This document shows positions 29,185-38,651 of a stretch of 64,000 nt of DNA, piece after piece. The notes below the pieces were generated by a model. It worked only from the letters and a program-made list of their open reading frames with translations, ran no database searches and was not told the origin of the DNA. The stretch comes from Marispirochaeta sp. (GTDB lineage Bacteria; Spirochaetota; Spirochaetia; JC444; Marispirochaetaceae), in contig CAXXFF010000004.1 in NCBI GenBank assembly GCA_963676835.2, positions 128,001 to 192,000 of the forward strand. Reading direction: 5' to 3'. The translations under genes were made by a program, and so were the position numbers. Within the stretch, counting starts at the first letter, position 1, and each line of letters starts with the position of its first letter.

Positions 29185-30048
29185 ACGGAGAATCCAGACC
29201 AGGATATCCAGACCGATGAGGACCTGAAAAAGAAACTCATCGAATGCTCAAAAGCCTACAGGGAACGAACAGATCAGTTCAAACGTCTCCTTGCACAGGC
29301 AAGGGATATGACCGAGGTTCTGCGCAGTAACTTTGAAGGCATTGTTCACATTCTGAACGATGTAATGCTGCAGGCAAATCCGGTAATGGGCAGCCACGCC
29401 CGCCGCTGCTCCGGTCTTGCCAGAAGTATCGCCGGCGGCCTGAAGCTGAACCCCGACAGGCGGCGGCTGGTTTTCTACGCCGCAACCCTGCACGATATAA
29501 GCCTTATTGGAAAAAAAGAAGAGTGGCTCGATATGGACAGCTCCGGCTGGCTTGAACATCCGGACCAGAGTGCAGCCTTGGTTAAAACAGTTCCCAACCT
29601 CAACCGGATTGCCGCCGTTATTGCCGCTCATCACGAGCTGATGGACGGATCAGGCTTTCCCCTGGGGCTTAAGGGGCGGCAGATTCCCGTAGAAAGCCGT
29701 ATTATTTCCGCAGTGGTGGAATATGACCGAAAGACTGCCATAGATGGTAAAGATCCGGGGGAAGTCATCGACAGCATGCAGAGTTCCGGCAGCTACGATG
29801 ATGATGTTCTAACCATTCTTGAATCCATTGTTAAGGAAAACAGGGCACGGAGAAAATCCGGAGACCGGCTGGTCGGATCAGAGGACCTGATCCCGGGTAT
29901 GATCCTCGCGGACGACCTCATTCTCCGTAACGGCATGCTGCTGTTTACCGCAGACACTGCTCTTGATGAAAATGCCCTTGAGAGGATTCGCTCCTTTGAG
30001 GAGATGCTGGATTCGGAACGGCTGATTCGGGTGTATCCCGGAGCATAG
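29185..30048 (+). CDS. HD-GYP domain protein; start uncertain (ACG 29185 or ATG 29308)
   Basis: LHDIS, HHELMDGSGFPLGLKG..IP..SRII. Confidence 0.8.
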   Translation, partial: TENPDQDIQTDEDLKKKLIECSKAYRERTDQFKRLLAQARDMTEVLRSNFEGIVHILNDVMLQANPVMGSHARRCSGLARSIAGGLKLNPDRRRLVFYAATLHDISLIGKKEEWLDMDSSGWLEHPDQSAALVKTVPNLNRIAAVIAAHHELMDGSGFPLGLKGRQIPVESRIISAVVEYDRKTAIDGKDPGEVIDSMQSSGSYDDDVLTILESIVKENRARRKSGDRLVGSEDLIPGMILADDLILRNGMLLFTADTALDENALERIRSFEEMLDSERLIRVYPGA

Positions 30049-30069
30049 AGCCGGAGAGGACAGAAAGCC

Positions 30070-31215
30070 ATGAGAGAAACAATACTGGCCTCACTGAAAG
30101 ACCAGGAGATAATTCGCCGTATAGAAAGGATCTACCGTAAAGCTCCGGTTCGGGAGCTGAAGGATTCTGACAAATACATTATCTTCTCCGATATTCACAT
30201 AGGCAACGGAGGCCGGGCGGATGATTTCCGCCGAAATTCAGAAGACTTCATGACTATCCTCCGCGAGCACTACTTTCCCGGAGGCTATACACTTGTCCTG
30301 AACGGCGATATTGAAGAACTGCAGAAATTCACCATGAAGGGGATTCAGAAACGCTGGGCCGGGATATTCAGGATTTTTGAACAGTTCCATGCCGCCGGCA
30401 GGCTGATAAAAATCATCGGCAACCATGATCTTGAACTTTCCACAGGCAGGTTCAACAGTATCAACAGCAATCTGCTGGAGGCCCTCAGACTGGAATACAG
30501 GGGAAATACCCTTTTTCTGCTTCACGGACATCAGGCGGCAAATATTTTTCACCGCTATAACGATTTCGTTGGATTTCTGGCCAAGTTTATCGCCTACCCG
30601 CTGGGAATAAAAAACAGGACAGCCGCTCATAACTCAAAACGAAAGTACACCGTCGAGAAGGGAGTCTACCGCTTCTCTTATCTGAAAAAAATTGTATCCA
30701 TCATCGGACATACCCATCGGCCCCTGTTTGAAGGAATCAACAAGCGGGATTCACTCCGCTTTGCCATAGAACGTATCCTGAGGGACTATCCAGAGATGTC
30801 TGAAGAGGATAAAAACGGTGCACAGGAAGAAATCACCCGGCTGAAAACAGAACTGGAAAGCCTCGAAGGAAAGGAGCGCAATTGTCCGGATTCAAGTTTT
30901 TATCACAACGCCGATATTGTTCTCCCCAATCTTTTTAACTCCGGCGCAGTGATCGGCAGGCGGGGGATGACCGGAATAGAGATAGAAGAAGGGAATATAT
31001 CTCTGGTTCACTGGTTTGATGAATCAAAACGCAAAAAATACCTCAAAGGAACTCCAACCACCCAGCTGCCCGGAACCAGTCTGCACAGGCGACTGATAAA
31101 GAAGGATCACCTCGAATATATCTTCAACCGCATAACCCTGCTTGGATGGGTTGAGGAACATGGGGAAAAACATAAAAAAGAAGAGCATAACAAAGGAACA
31201 GACCCGGGTGAATGA
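30070..31215 (+). CDS. Calcineurin-like metallophosphoesterase
   Basis: SDIHIG, NGD, GNHD, HGH, GHTH. Confidence 0.88.
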   Translation: MRETILASLKDQEIIRRIERIYRKAPVRELKDSDKYIIFSDIHIGNGGRADDFRRNSEDFMTILREHYFPGGYTLVLNGDIEELQKFTMKGIQKRWAGIFRIFEQFHAAGRLIKIIGNHDLELSTGRFNSINSNLLEALRLEYRGNTLFLLHGHQAANIFHRYNDFVGFLAKFIAYPLGIKNRTAAHNSKRKYTVEKGVYRFSYLKKIVSIIGHTHRPLFEGINKRDSLRFAIERILRDYPEMSEEDKNGAQEEITRLKTELESLEGKERNCPDSSFYHNADIVLPNLFNSGAVIGRRGMTGIEIEEGNISLVHWFDESKRKKYLKGTPTTQLPGTSLHRRLIKKDHLEYIFNRITLLGWVEEHGEKHKKEEHNKGTDPGE

Positions 31216-31468
31216 GAATCAGGTTTTTCCCTCAAGGGTGCTGATAAAGGTAATCTTTCATGCCAGAAATACCGAGGCGGATGCCAGACGCATGATTACC
31301 GCAGCGCTGGTTCCCCTCGGTCAGATCCCTTCCGGATTCAGTTCCCGCCTGAGCAGGCAGGGGCGCTGGATGAGTGTCAGTTTTTTCTGCGAGATTCCCG
31401 CCAGAGAGACCCTGGATCTGGTTTATGATGAGCTTAAAAAACTGCCGGACGTTAGAATGCTTCTCTGA
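31208..31468 (+). CDS. DUF493/YbeD-like protein
   Basis: FP...KVI, SRQGRWMSVS, VYDELKKLPDVRMLL. Confidence 0.7.
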   Translation: MNENQVFPSRVLIKVIFHARNTEADARRMITAALVPLGQIPSGFSSRLSRQGRWMSVSFFCEIPARETLDLVYDELKKLPDVRMLL

Positions 31469-32015
31469 ATTCCGTCAGCCAGGCCTGAAAGACGGGCCTG
31501 CAGTAATCGGGAAGCCCGGAGAGAACCTTTTCTACAGATTTTTCCCGATCCAGCTTGCCGGGCTTTTTTGAATAAAAACAGTCTGCGTAACAGATAAGCT
31601 TCTCTTCCCAGGAACGGGGAAGCATATCCCGGTGAGGAAGATCCATCTTTTCCCGTATAATATCCTCCCGGCTCACACCGGTAAGAAAATGGCGTTCACA
31701 CACCAGAGCATGCTGAGGCAATCCGGCATCATCGAGAATTTTCCGCCCGATAATGCCATGATGCAGATACGGCGCGCTTCCGCTGCAGTGGAGAGAGGGA
31801 GTATTGGTCCCGATCATACCGATATCGTGCAGCATTGCCGCATCCCGGAGAAAAGTAAAATCCGTGGCTTTGTGGGAAAAGCGGCGGGCAACTTTTTCCG
31901 CTTTATCCGCAACCATCCGGCCGTGTATGAGCAGAATCTCCCGGGCCTCGGGATGTTCAGCGTACACAGAATCTATTAAATCCAATACATCAAAGGGAGA
32001 AGATACCACTTCCAT
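31452..32015 (-). CDS. HD (HDIG-type) phosphohydrolase
   Basis: H...LHDIG...HG...ERH...YAD. Confidence 0.85.
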   Translation of the reverse strand: MEVVSSPFDVLDLIDSVYAEHPEAREILLIHGRMVADKAEKVARRFSHKATDFTFLRDAAMLHDIGMIGTNTPSLHCSGSAPYLHHGIIGRKILDDAGLPQHALVCERHFLTGVSREDIIREKMDLPHRDMLPRSWEEKLICYADCFYSKKPGKLDREKSVEKVLSGLPDYCRPVFQAWLTEFREAF

Positions 32016-32021
32016 ACCGTT

Positions 32022-32852
32022 TCAGCTGTCACCGGAAAGAGCGAAGGCTTCGGGAATAAAACGCTCAATGGCCTCGGCAACTCCGTTTTCCTGATGAGTG
32101 CGTTCGGTTACAAAGCGGGCAACCTCTTTTACTTCATCCCGTGCATTGGCCATGGCTACACTTACACCGGCCCAGGAGAGCATGCCGTAATCGTTCATGG
32201 AATCTCCGATGGCCATAACGTTCTCCACCGGGATATCCAGAACATCCGCCACATAGGCCAGGGCGGTGCCCTTGTCGGCATCGGCGCGGAGTATTTCGAG
32301 GAAATAGGGTTTGGAAGTAAAGATATTGGCGGCATGGCCTAAAACAGCTTTAAGTTCCGCCTCTACCGGCTTCAGAGCCTCCGGATCACCGGGAATGACA
32401 AATTTGGTTCGGGGCACCGTCAGGCTGGCACCGAAGGATTCAACCTGATGCCATCGCTGGCCGGTAAGCTTGCAGTCTTCGTCGGTGTAATGGCTGGGGC
32501 CTGCCGCAAATATGTCGCCGTCGCCGTAATACTGCATGGTCATGCCGTGGCGCTGGACAATTTCCCAGGCTTCGATTCCCACAGCAGGCTCCAGAGGGCG
32601 TTCCAGCACCACCGCCTCTGTTTCCGTAGAAACCACGGTGGCACCGTTATTGGTAATCATAAACCCCGGACGCCCCCACATTCCCAATTCCCGTCCAAAA
32701 CGGCGCATGGAAAAGAGGGTCCGCCCTGAAGCAAGAAGGACCGTGACACCTGCGGCTTCCGCAGCTTTCACGGCCTTCATGTTTTCGTTACTTATTGTAA
32801 GCTCCTCGGAAAGAAGCGTGTCGTCCAGATCATGAGCCAGTAGTCGTACCAT
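32022..32852 (-). CDS. Cof-type HAD-IIB hydrolase
   Basis: DLDDTL, ASGR, DKGTAL, GDSMND. Confidence 0.9.
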   Translation of the reverse strand: MVRLLAHDLDDTLLSEELTISNENMKAVKAAEAAGVTVLLASGRTLFSMRRFGRELGMWGRPGFMITNNGATVVSTETEAVVLERPLEPAVGIEAWEIVQRHGMTMQYYGDGDIFAAGPSHYTDEDCKLTGQRWHQVESFGASLTVPRTKFVIPGDPEALKPVEAELKAVLGHAANIFTSKPYFLEILRADADKGTALAYVADVLDIPVENVMAIGDSMNDYGMLSWAGVSVAMANARDEVKEVARFVTERTHQENGVAEAIERFIPEAFALSGDS

Positions 32853-32883
32853 GGCCCTAATGTAACAACGGATTCCCTGCTTA

Positions 32884-33936
32884 TCAAGCGTCAGGCATGA
32901 AGGAGCTTGTTACCTTATCCTCGGGGATATCCTTCTTGAGGACTTCCGGGTTAACAATGGAATCGGGCAGTTCTCCGTCGGCCATTTTAATTAAAGAATC
33001 AACCAGGGAACGGGCACATGCACAAACGGCATCCACATTATTGGCTGCTCCGGCAACATGGGGGGTACAGATTGCATTTTCACAGGCAAGCAGGGGATTG
33101 TCTGCGGGAACAGGCTCTTCCTCGAATACATCCGTTGCCGCACCGGCAATGACACCTTCATTGAGAACCTTTGCCAGAACCGCATCATCATAGATTCCGC
33201 CCCGGCTGGTATTGATAAAAAAGGCTGAGGGCTTCATCATCTTGAAGTGCTCTTCTGTAAGCATGCCCTTGGTACCGGATGTAAGGGGCATATGACAGCT
33301 CACATAGTCGGAGGTCTTCAGAACCTCTTCAAGGCTGACCAGCTTGATTCCCCTGGCGGCCATTTTCTTTTCATCAGCATAGGGGTCGTAAGCCTGAACC
33401 TTCATACCCATGGGTGCCACAAGTTCAACCAGACGCTGTGCGATTCCGCCGCTGGCAAGGAGTCCCAGGGTTCTTCCCTGAACATAGTAGGTGGTATAGG
33501 CATTTTTACCGTTAAACTGTTTTTCACGGATGTAGCTGTTAAAGAAGGTCAGCCGCATATTGAGAGCCATTATGAAGGCCAGGGCTGTTTCCGCAACAGA
33601 CTCCCGTAAACCACCGGGGGCATTTGAAAGGATTACATTGTGTCTGTTACATGCGGGAATATCCACATTCTCAAAGCCCGCACCAAAGCGGCCGACCCAT
33701 TTAAGGTTATTGCCTTCCATGGTGGCATCATTAACCAGGCGGTGCCCCATGATAATATAGTAATCAACCCCTTTCATCTCTTCCGCTGCCACATCATGGC
33801 TGGGTTTGGAATCGAGGGTACGCAGATATTTAAGTTCAAACCGGCCGTCTTTTTTCAGGCGGTCAATCTCTTCACTGTAGCCTTCGTATTTACCGCAGTA
33901 ATCATACTCGAAAGCGACAACATGTTTCTTACTCAT
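32884..33936 (-). CDS. D-isomer-specific 2-hydroxyacid dehydrogenase (SerA-like)
   Basis: GAGFENVD, SVAE, INTSRG, DVFEEEP, TPHVAG. Confidence 0.88.
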   Translation of the reverse strand: MSKKHVVAFEYDYCGKYEGYSEEIDRLKKDGRFELKYLRTLDSKPSHDVAAEEMKGVDYYIIMGHRLVNDATMEGNNLKWVGRFGAGFENVDIPACNRHNVILSNAPGGLRESVAETALAFIMALNMRLTFFNSYIREKQFNGKNAYTTYYVQGRTLGLLASGGIAQRLVELVAPMGMKVQAYDPYADEKKMAARGIKLVSLEEVLKTSDYVSCHMPLTSGTKGMLTEEHFKMMKPSAFFINTSRGGIYDDAVLAKVLNEGVIAGAATDVFEEEPVPADNPLLACENAICTPHVAGAANNVDAVCACARSLVDSLIKMADGELPDSIVNPEVLKKDIPEDKVTSSFMPDA

Positions 33937-33972
33937 TGTGCAGCTCCTGTCTCTTGAACAAAAGATATAAAA

Positions 33973-33988
33973 AATTGTGTATACAATT
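33973..33988. promoter_or_regulatory. Palindromic operator, GntR-family-like
   Basis: AATTGTGTATACAATT, 14 of 16 positions symmetric, 37 nt upstream of the dehydrogenase start. Confidence 0.55.
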
Positions 33989-34109
33989 CGTACCGCAATG
34001 CTATAGCATATTCAAGAGTGAGTCAAGAAATGACGTACAAAACCGGCGAAGAATTACTCTGATCTGGTCGACTCATGCAGAGATGAGAAGGATATGATAT
34101 CCTGATTAT

Positions 34110-34802
34110 ATGCGAAAGACAGAATTTATTACCGATTATGTTAAACACCCCGCCGGAAGCTGCCTTGCCTGCTTCGGCGACACCAAGGTTATCTGCACAG
34201 CCACCATCGAAGAGTCTGTGCCCCCGTTTTTGCGGGACAGCGGGTCCGGCTGGCTGACAGCGGAATATTCCATGCTGCCCGGCAGTACCGGAGGAGGCAG
34301 AAAGCGCCGTGACGGAGTAAAACGTGACGGAAGAGGCGTTGAAATAAGCAGGCTCATCGGACGCTCTTTAAGGGCTGCGGTGAAGCTGGATGCCCTTGGG
34401 GAAGTAAGTATTGTTATTGACTGCGATGTACTCCAGGCGGACGGCGGAACCAGAACTGCAGCTATTTCCGGCGGCTGGGTGGCCCTGTATCTGGCACTGG
34501 AAAAACTGGCGGCAGCCCAGGGAACAAGTGGTCCTGAAGCCTATTTAGCCGGACAGCTGGCCGCGGTAAGCGTCGGTATCGTAGATGGAGAAATTATCTG
34601 TGACCTCGATTATGCCCACGACTCCAGAGCAGAAGTCGATCTGAATGTCGTCATGAGGGATACGAACCTTGTCGAGGTTCAGGGCACCGGTGAAAAAGGG
34701 GTTTTTGACAGAAAGTCCCTGGACAAACTTCTGGATTCAGCAGAAACAGGCATTGCTGAAATAATAGCAAGTCAGAACAGAGCCCTGTCAAATCGCGGAT
34801 AA
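34110..34802 (+). CDS. rph: Ribonuclease PH
   Basis: GDTKVICTA, GWLTAEYSMLP, EISRLIGRSLR, DVLQADGGTRTA, EVQGTGE. Confidence 0.95.
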   Translation: MRKTEFITDYVKHPAGSCLACFGDTKVICTATIEESVPPFLRDSGSGWLTAEYSMLPGSTGGGRKRRDGVKRDGRGVEISRLIGRSLRAAVKLDALGEVSIVIDCDVLQADGGTRTAAISGGWVALYLALEKLAAAQGTSGPEAYLAGQLAAVSVGIVDGEIICDLDYAHDSRAEVDLNVVMRDTNLVEVQGTGEKGVFDRKSLDKLLDSAETGIAEIIASQNRALSNRG

Positions 34803-34822
34803 CCTGTATTATACGAAATGAC

Positions 34823-34866
34823 AAAAAAACGCCGGAAGGACAACTCTGTCTTTCCGGCATTTTTTA
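34823..34866. terminator. Bidirectional intrinsic terminator
   Basis: A-run, GCCGGAAGGAC...GTCTTTCCGGC stem, T-run, between convergent genes. Confidence 0.8.
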
Positions 34867-34902
34867 TATAGGCTTCTAAAACTGTCTCTGGAAAGAGGGG
34901 TT

Positions 34903-35721
34903 TCAGAAAGAATCGAGACGGGTTTTATAGCCGGTTTTGTTGGAAGTAAGTTCCCCGGTAATGGCAGTGTCATCAGTGAGGTTCTCCCAGGAATACTTCA
35001 CAATATCTCCTGGAACCTTGTCTGCCAGCCACCATTCATACCGGACTTCATACCCCTCTTCACCTTCTGTTTCGGGAACATAGGTATCTTCAATAAGAAA
35101 GTGTTCTGCAGAATAGGAACCGGCAGGAACTGTCACAGATACCTTTCCTGTGGAGAAGTTTTTAAAGTCGCCGTCATAGAATCCCACTTCCTCAGCGGTT
35201 TCCTCTTCAACTTCAGTGCTCTCAACAGACTCCTCCTGCTCGGGAATCCATTCCCGTACACTGTCGGTCTCCGCATCGTAATAACGGAACTTCAGCAGGG
35301 TGTACTCATCATCAACCAGTGCTTCGGAGATAAACTCCTCTTCGTTTTCGGCCTTATAGCGAAGGAACCACCAGGCGGTACCGTCTGAGTTACGTTTCAA
35401 CAGGGCCCGTTCGACCTGTACAGAGCTTTCGCTTTCATCGTTTCTGGAAGTAATGTTCCAGGCAACGCCTTCACCTTCACTGAAATCTTCATACCCCGCA
35501 CCATAGCCGCCGGCATAGAACACCTGAGCGTACATAATGGTTGCGATCATGGAGTCTTCCAGAGCACCGAGGCCGACCGCATCTGCCATGGCCTGGTTCA
35601 TCCGGGCTTCAGTTTTACCCAGCAACGATCCGGACATAAGATCGTCAAAGGAAATACATCCGACAAGGGATCCAGCCAGGATCAGGACAAGGAAAAAACC
35701 TGCAAATCTTCTCATATTCAT
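34903..35721 (-). CDS. Hypothetical acidic lipoprotein
   Basis: Lipobox-like LVGC after a hydrophobic stretch. Confidence 0.75.
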   Translation of the reverse strand: MNMRRFAGFFLVLILAGSLVGCISFDDLMSGSLLGKTEARMNQAMADAVGLGALEDSMIATIMYAQVFYAGGYGAGYEDFSEGEGVAWNITSRNDESESSVQVERALLKRNSDGTAWWFLRYKAENEEEFISEALVDDEYTLLKFRYYDAETDSVREWIPEQEESVESTEVEEETAEEVGFYDGDFKNFSTGKVSVTVPAGSYSAEHFLIEDTYVPETEGEEGYEVRYEWWLADKVPGDIVKYSWENLTDDTAITGELTSNKTGYKTRLDSF

Positions 35722-35877
35722 ACTTATTGCTCCTGCAAATAGATTACATAGTATGAAAATACTTCACCCTTTTCTGAAAAAGGTCAACACTCTGATATGC
35801 CGCCTTGTGGGATCTTTATTCTCATTGCTTTTGCCGGAAAAAATGGTATGCTCTTAGGTAGAAGAAGGCAACAGAAG

Positions 35878-37428
35878 ATGAAAGCAGCCGTAGTACGCAT
35901 CAACGCACTTTCCGCTTTACTTTTTTTCTGCATTTTTCCTTTACTCCAAGAGCTGAACGCAACTCCCCTGATTATCGGCTCCGAACCGGACTATCCCCCT
36001 TTCTGCACAATGGATGAGAATGGAGAGGCCTCAGGTTTTTCCGTTGACCTTTTCAGGGCAAGTGCCGAGGCCATGGGCTATGACGTTCAGTTTGTCGTAA
36101 GACCGTGGAATATCCTGCTTGAGCAGCTCAGAAACGGTGAGATAGATGCTCTTCCCCTGGTTGGATACTCAGAGAGCCGGGCGGAGTATCTTGATTTCAC
36201 CTTTCCCTACACAACCCTGCGGGGTGCGGTTTTTGTTCGCAGGAGCGAGAAAAACATACATACCCTTGAGGATCTCAAGGCGCGGGATATACTCGTCATG
36301 CAGGGAGATAATGCAGACGAATACATAAGCCGGAACAATATATCGGATTCAATTATCCGAACTGATTCGTTTGATATAGCCTTCAGACTGCTTCAATCCG
36401 GAGCTCATGATGCAGTAATTGCCCAGAGGCTTATGGGAGAAAAGCTGCTTGAGGAAATGGAGATTGATTCCATTGTTCCTCTGGATATCGAACTGCCGGG
36501 ATTTGCACAGCAGTTTCGCTTTGCCGTAACCAGAGGAAACAGTAAACTTCTGGAAGATCTCGATACCGGATTACTGCAGACAATATCAGATGGAACCTAT
36601 TTCCGTCTTCATACTGAATGGTTCAAAGCACAAGATTGGCACGATATTCCTCTACAGGAAAAACTCTATTCCCTGTTATGGATAATTATTCCGGTGCTGC
36701 TGATACTCCTGGTCACTTTTATTCTTTACCTGCGCCTGGATATACAACGAAAAACACGCAGGCTTAAAGAGGAGATCAAGCAAAGACAGGAGACAGAAGA
36801 GTCTCTTCACAAGCTGCTCAAGGAAAAAGAGACCCTACTGAAAGAGGTGCATCACAGAATCAAGAATAACTTTGCCACGGTGGAAAGCCTTTTATCACTT
36901 CAGGCAGCAGAGATGAAAAACGACGAAGCAAAATCTTCCTTACTCAATTCCATGAGCAGGGTAAGCAGCATGAGACTTCTGTACGATAAAATGCTTTTAT
37001 CTGATAACTATAAAAGTACGTCATTAAGGTTTTATCTCTCCAATCTTATAGATGAGATTATCCAGCTGTATCAGGGCGTAACAGAAATTCGGGTGGAATC
37101 GCATATTGACGATATAGTCCTGGAACCGGGAATACTCTTTTCCCTCGGCCTTATGGTTAATGAGCTCATGACCAACTCGTTTAAATATGCCTTCCCTTCC
37201 GCAAAGGATGGACAGCTGAGCATCGAGGTTAGGACCGATGACACCATGCTCTACCTCAGGATGCAGGACAACGGAAATGGACTGCCGAAAAACTTCGTAC
37301 TCGAAAATCAGGAAGGATTCGGTCTGAACCTGGTCCAGATGCTGGTGGAACAGTATCTGGGGGAGTTCAGCATGAAATCGGATGGAGAAGGAACCTCTGC
37401 CGATATCAGCATTCATCTTCCCAAGTGA
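35878..37428 (+). CDS. Sensor histidine kinase with SBP family-3 periplasmic domain (HisKA_2 type)
   Basis: DYPPF SBP domain, TM, EVHHRIKNN, NELMTNSFKYAF, DNGNG, GFGL. Confidence 0.88.
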   Translation: MKAAVVRINALSALLFFCIFPLLQELNATPLIIGSEPDYPPFCTMDENGEASGFSVDLFRASAEAMGYDVQFVVRPWNILLEQLRNGEIDALPLVGYSESRAEYLDFTFPYTTLRGAVFVRRSEKNIHTLEDLKARDILVMQGDNADEYISRNNISDSIIRTDSFDIAFRLLQSGAHDAVIAQRLMGEKLLEEMEIDSIVPLDIELPGFAQQFRFAVTRGNSKLLEDLDTGLLQTISDGTYFRLHTEWFKAQDWHDIPLQEKLYSLLWIIIPVLLILLVTFILYLRLDIQRKTRRLKEEIKQRQETEESLHKLLKEKETLLKEVHHRIKNNFATVESLLSLQAAEMKNDEAKSSLLNSMSRVSSMRLLYDKMLLSDNYKSTSLRFYLSNLIDEIIQLYQGVTEIRVESHIDDIVLEPGILFSLGLMVNELMTNSFKYAFPSAKDGQLSIEVRTDDTMLYLRMQDNGNGLPKNFVLENQEGFGLNLVQMLVEQYLGEFSMKSDGEGTSADISIHLPK

Positions 37429-37473
37429 CTAAAGAGCCTTATGGTTACCTTTCGATATAGACATCCTCTAACG

Positions 37474-37502
37474 TTGACACCCCCGGCCTATTTCACTACT
37501 AT
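37474..37502 (+). promoter_or_regulatory. sigma70 promoter of the tRNA
   Basis: TTGACA-N17-TACTAT. Confidence 0.75.
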
Positions 37503-37513
37503 TCTCACCACAC

Positions 37514-37587
<74 letters not shown>

Positions 37588-37592
37588 AAAAG

Positions 37593-37624
37593 AAAGGACC
37601 AGCTTCGGCTGGTCCTTTCTTTTT
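37593..37624 (+). terminator. Intrinsic terminator with cUUCGg loop
   Basis: AAAGGACCAGC-TTCG-GCTGGTCCTTT plus T-run. Confidence 0.85.
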
Positions 37625-37630
37625 ACCCCC

Positions 37631-37815
37631 TATGTGTGCGGAACACAAGCGCGTTCGAATCGTGTGCAGGAATCCGCCAAAGGCGGTATTCCAACCCAAG
37701 GCTATGACAGGGTTTTCCCTTATGGGAAAAGCCCGAGAATAGCCGCAGTGGCCAGCGATTCGCGAAGCGATATCGCGAGCCGAAGGTTTACGCAGTAAAC
37801 CGAACGGTCGGGGAA
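37631..37815. repeat. Multi-hairpin element with tRNA T-arm mimic (REP-like or ncRNA)
   Basis: At least five consecutive inverted repeats; see findings. Confidence 0.5.
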
Positions 37816-37865
37816 CCTGATTACAGCTTTTCCCTCAAATACGAGTATAACCGTCGGCTGCCATA

Positions 37866-38486
37866 CTACAGAACCTTGAAGACAAGCACTTCACAGGTGG
37901 AATCCTCTTCTTTAACATACTCAATGGTCTGCTTTTCAAGTAATTCCCATTTATCCTGCCTCTCCAAATCGGAGGTAATCTCACTATAATTTTGATCCTT
38001 CCAGGCATCTGTTTTCACAGTAAAGCAGACTGTACCGCCAGACCGGATGATTCGTACAAGTTCATACAACGCACCTGGCCCGACATGACCGAAGGTAAAA
38101 GTACCGACACTGATTAGTGCATCATAGGAACCAGACGCTATATCCAGCGGCTTATTCAGGTCTGCCTGAATGAGTTTTTTATATACATTTTTCTTCTGTG
38201 CCTGAGCCAGCATTGCCTCGGAATAGTCCAGACCGTCTATGGTACTGATCCCTCTCCCGGACAAAAGAGAACCAATAATCCCGGTTCCGCAGCCCACATC
38301 CAATACTTTGTTTTCATTATCCACACCAGACCGAATAAATATATTTACTGTTATTGCAGGAGCCGGGTATCCCATTTCATTGAGTAAATCATTATCATAG
38401 CTTTCCGCCCACTTACCGTACACTGCTGCCAGATCATCTGCAGTCTCAGCACTTATCGCCTCTTCATGTATTTCGCGTCTTCCCAT
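37866..38486 (-). CDS. Class I SAM-dependent methyltransferase
   Basis: Y.KWAESYD, VLDVGCGTG, GLDYSEAML. Confidence 0.88.
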   Translation of the reverse strand: MGRREIHEEAISAETADDLAAVYGKWAESYDNDLLNEMGYPAPAITVNIFIRSGVDNENKVLDVGCGTGIIGSLLSGRGISTIDGLDYSEAMLAQAQKKNVYKKLIQADLNKPLDIASGSYDALISVGTFTFGHVGPGALYELVRIIRSGGTVCFTVKTDAWKDQNYSEITSDLERQDKWELLEKQTIEYVKEEDSTCEVLVFKVL

Positions 38487-38651
38487 TGCACAACTCCCTT
38501 TTAATAAACTATTAAGGCTCAAAGAAACCTTTTATATACGGCACGGCCGCTTATGCCATAACCATGGTACCTTCCCGTTCCGGGATTGTACAGGAACTAA
38601 AAAAACAATGAACACTTTATTCCCCTCCTCTAATTCTCTATACTCTTACCT

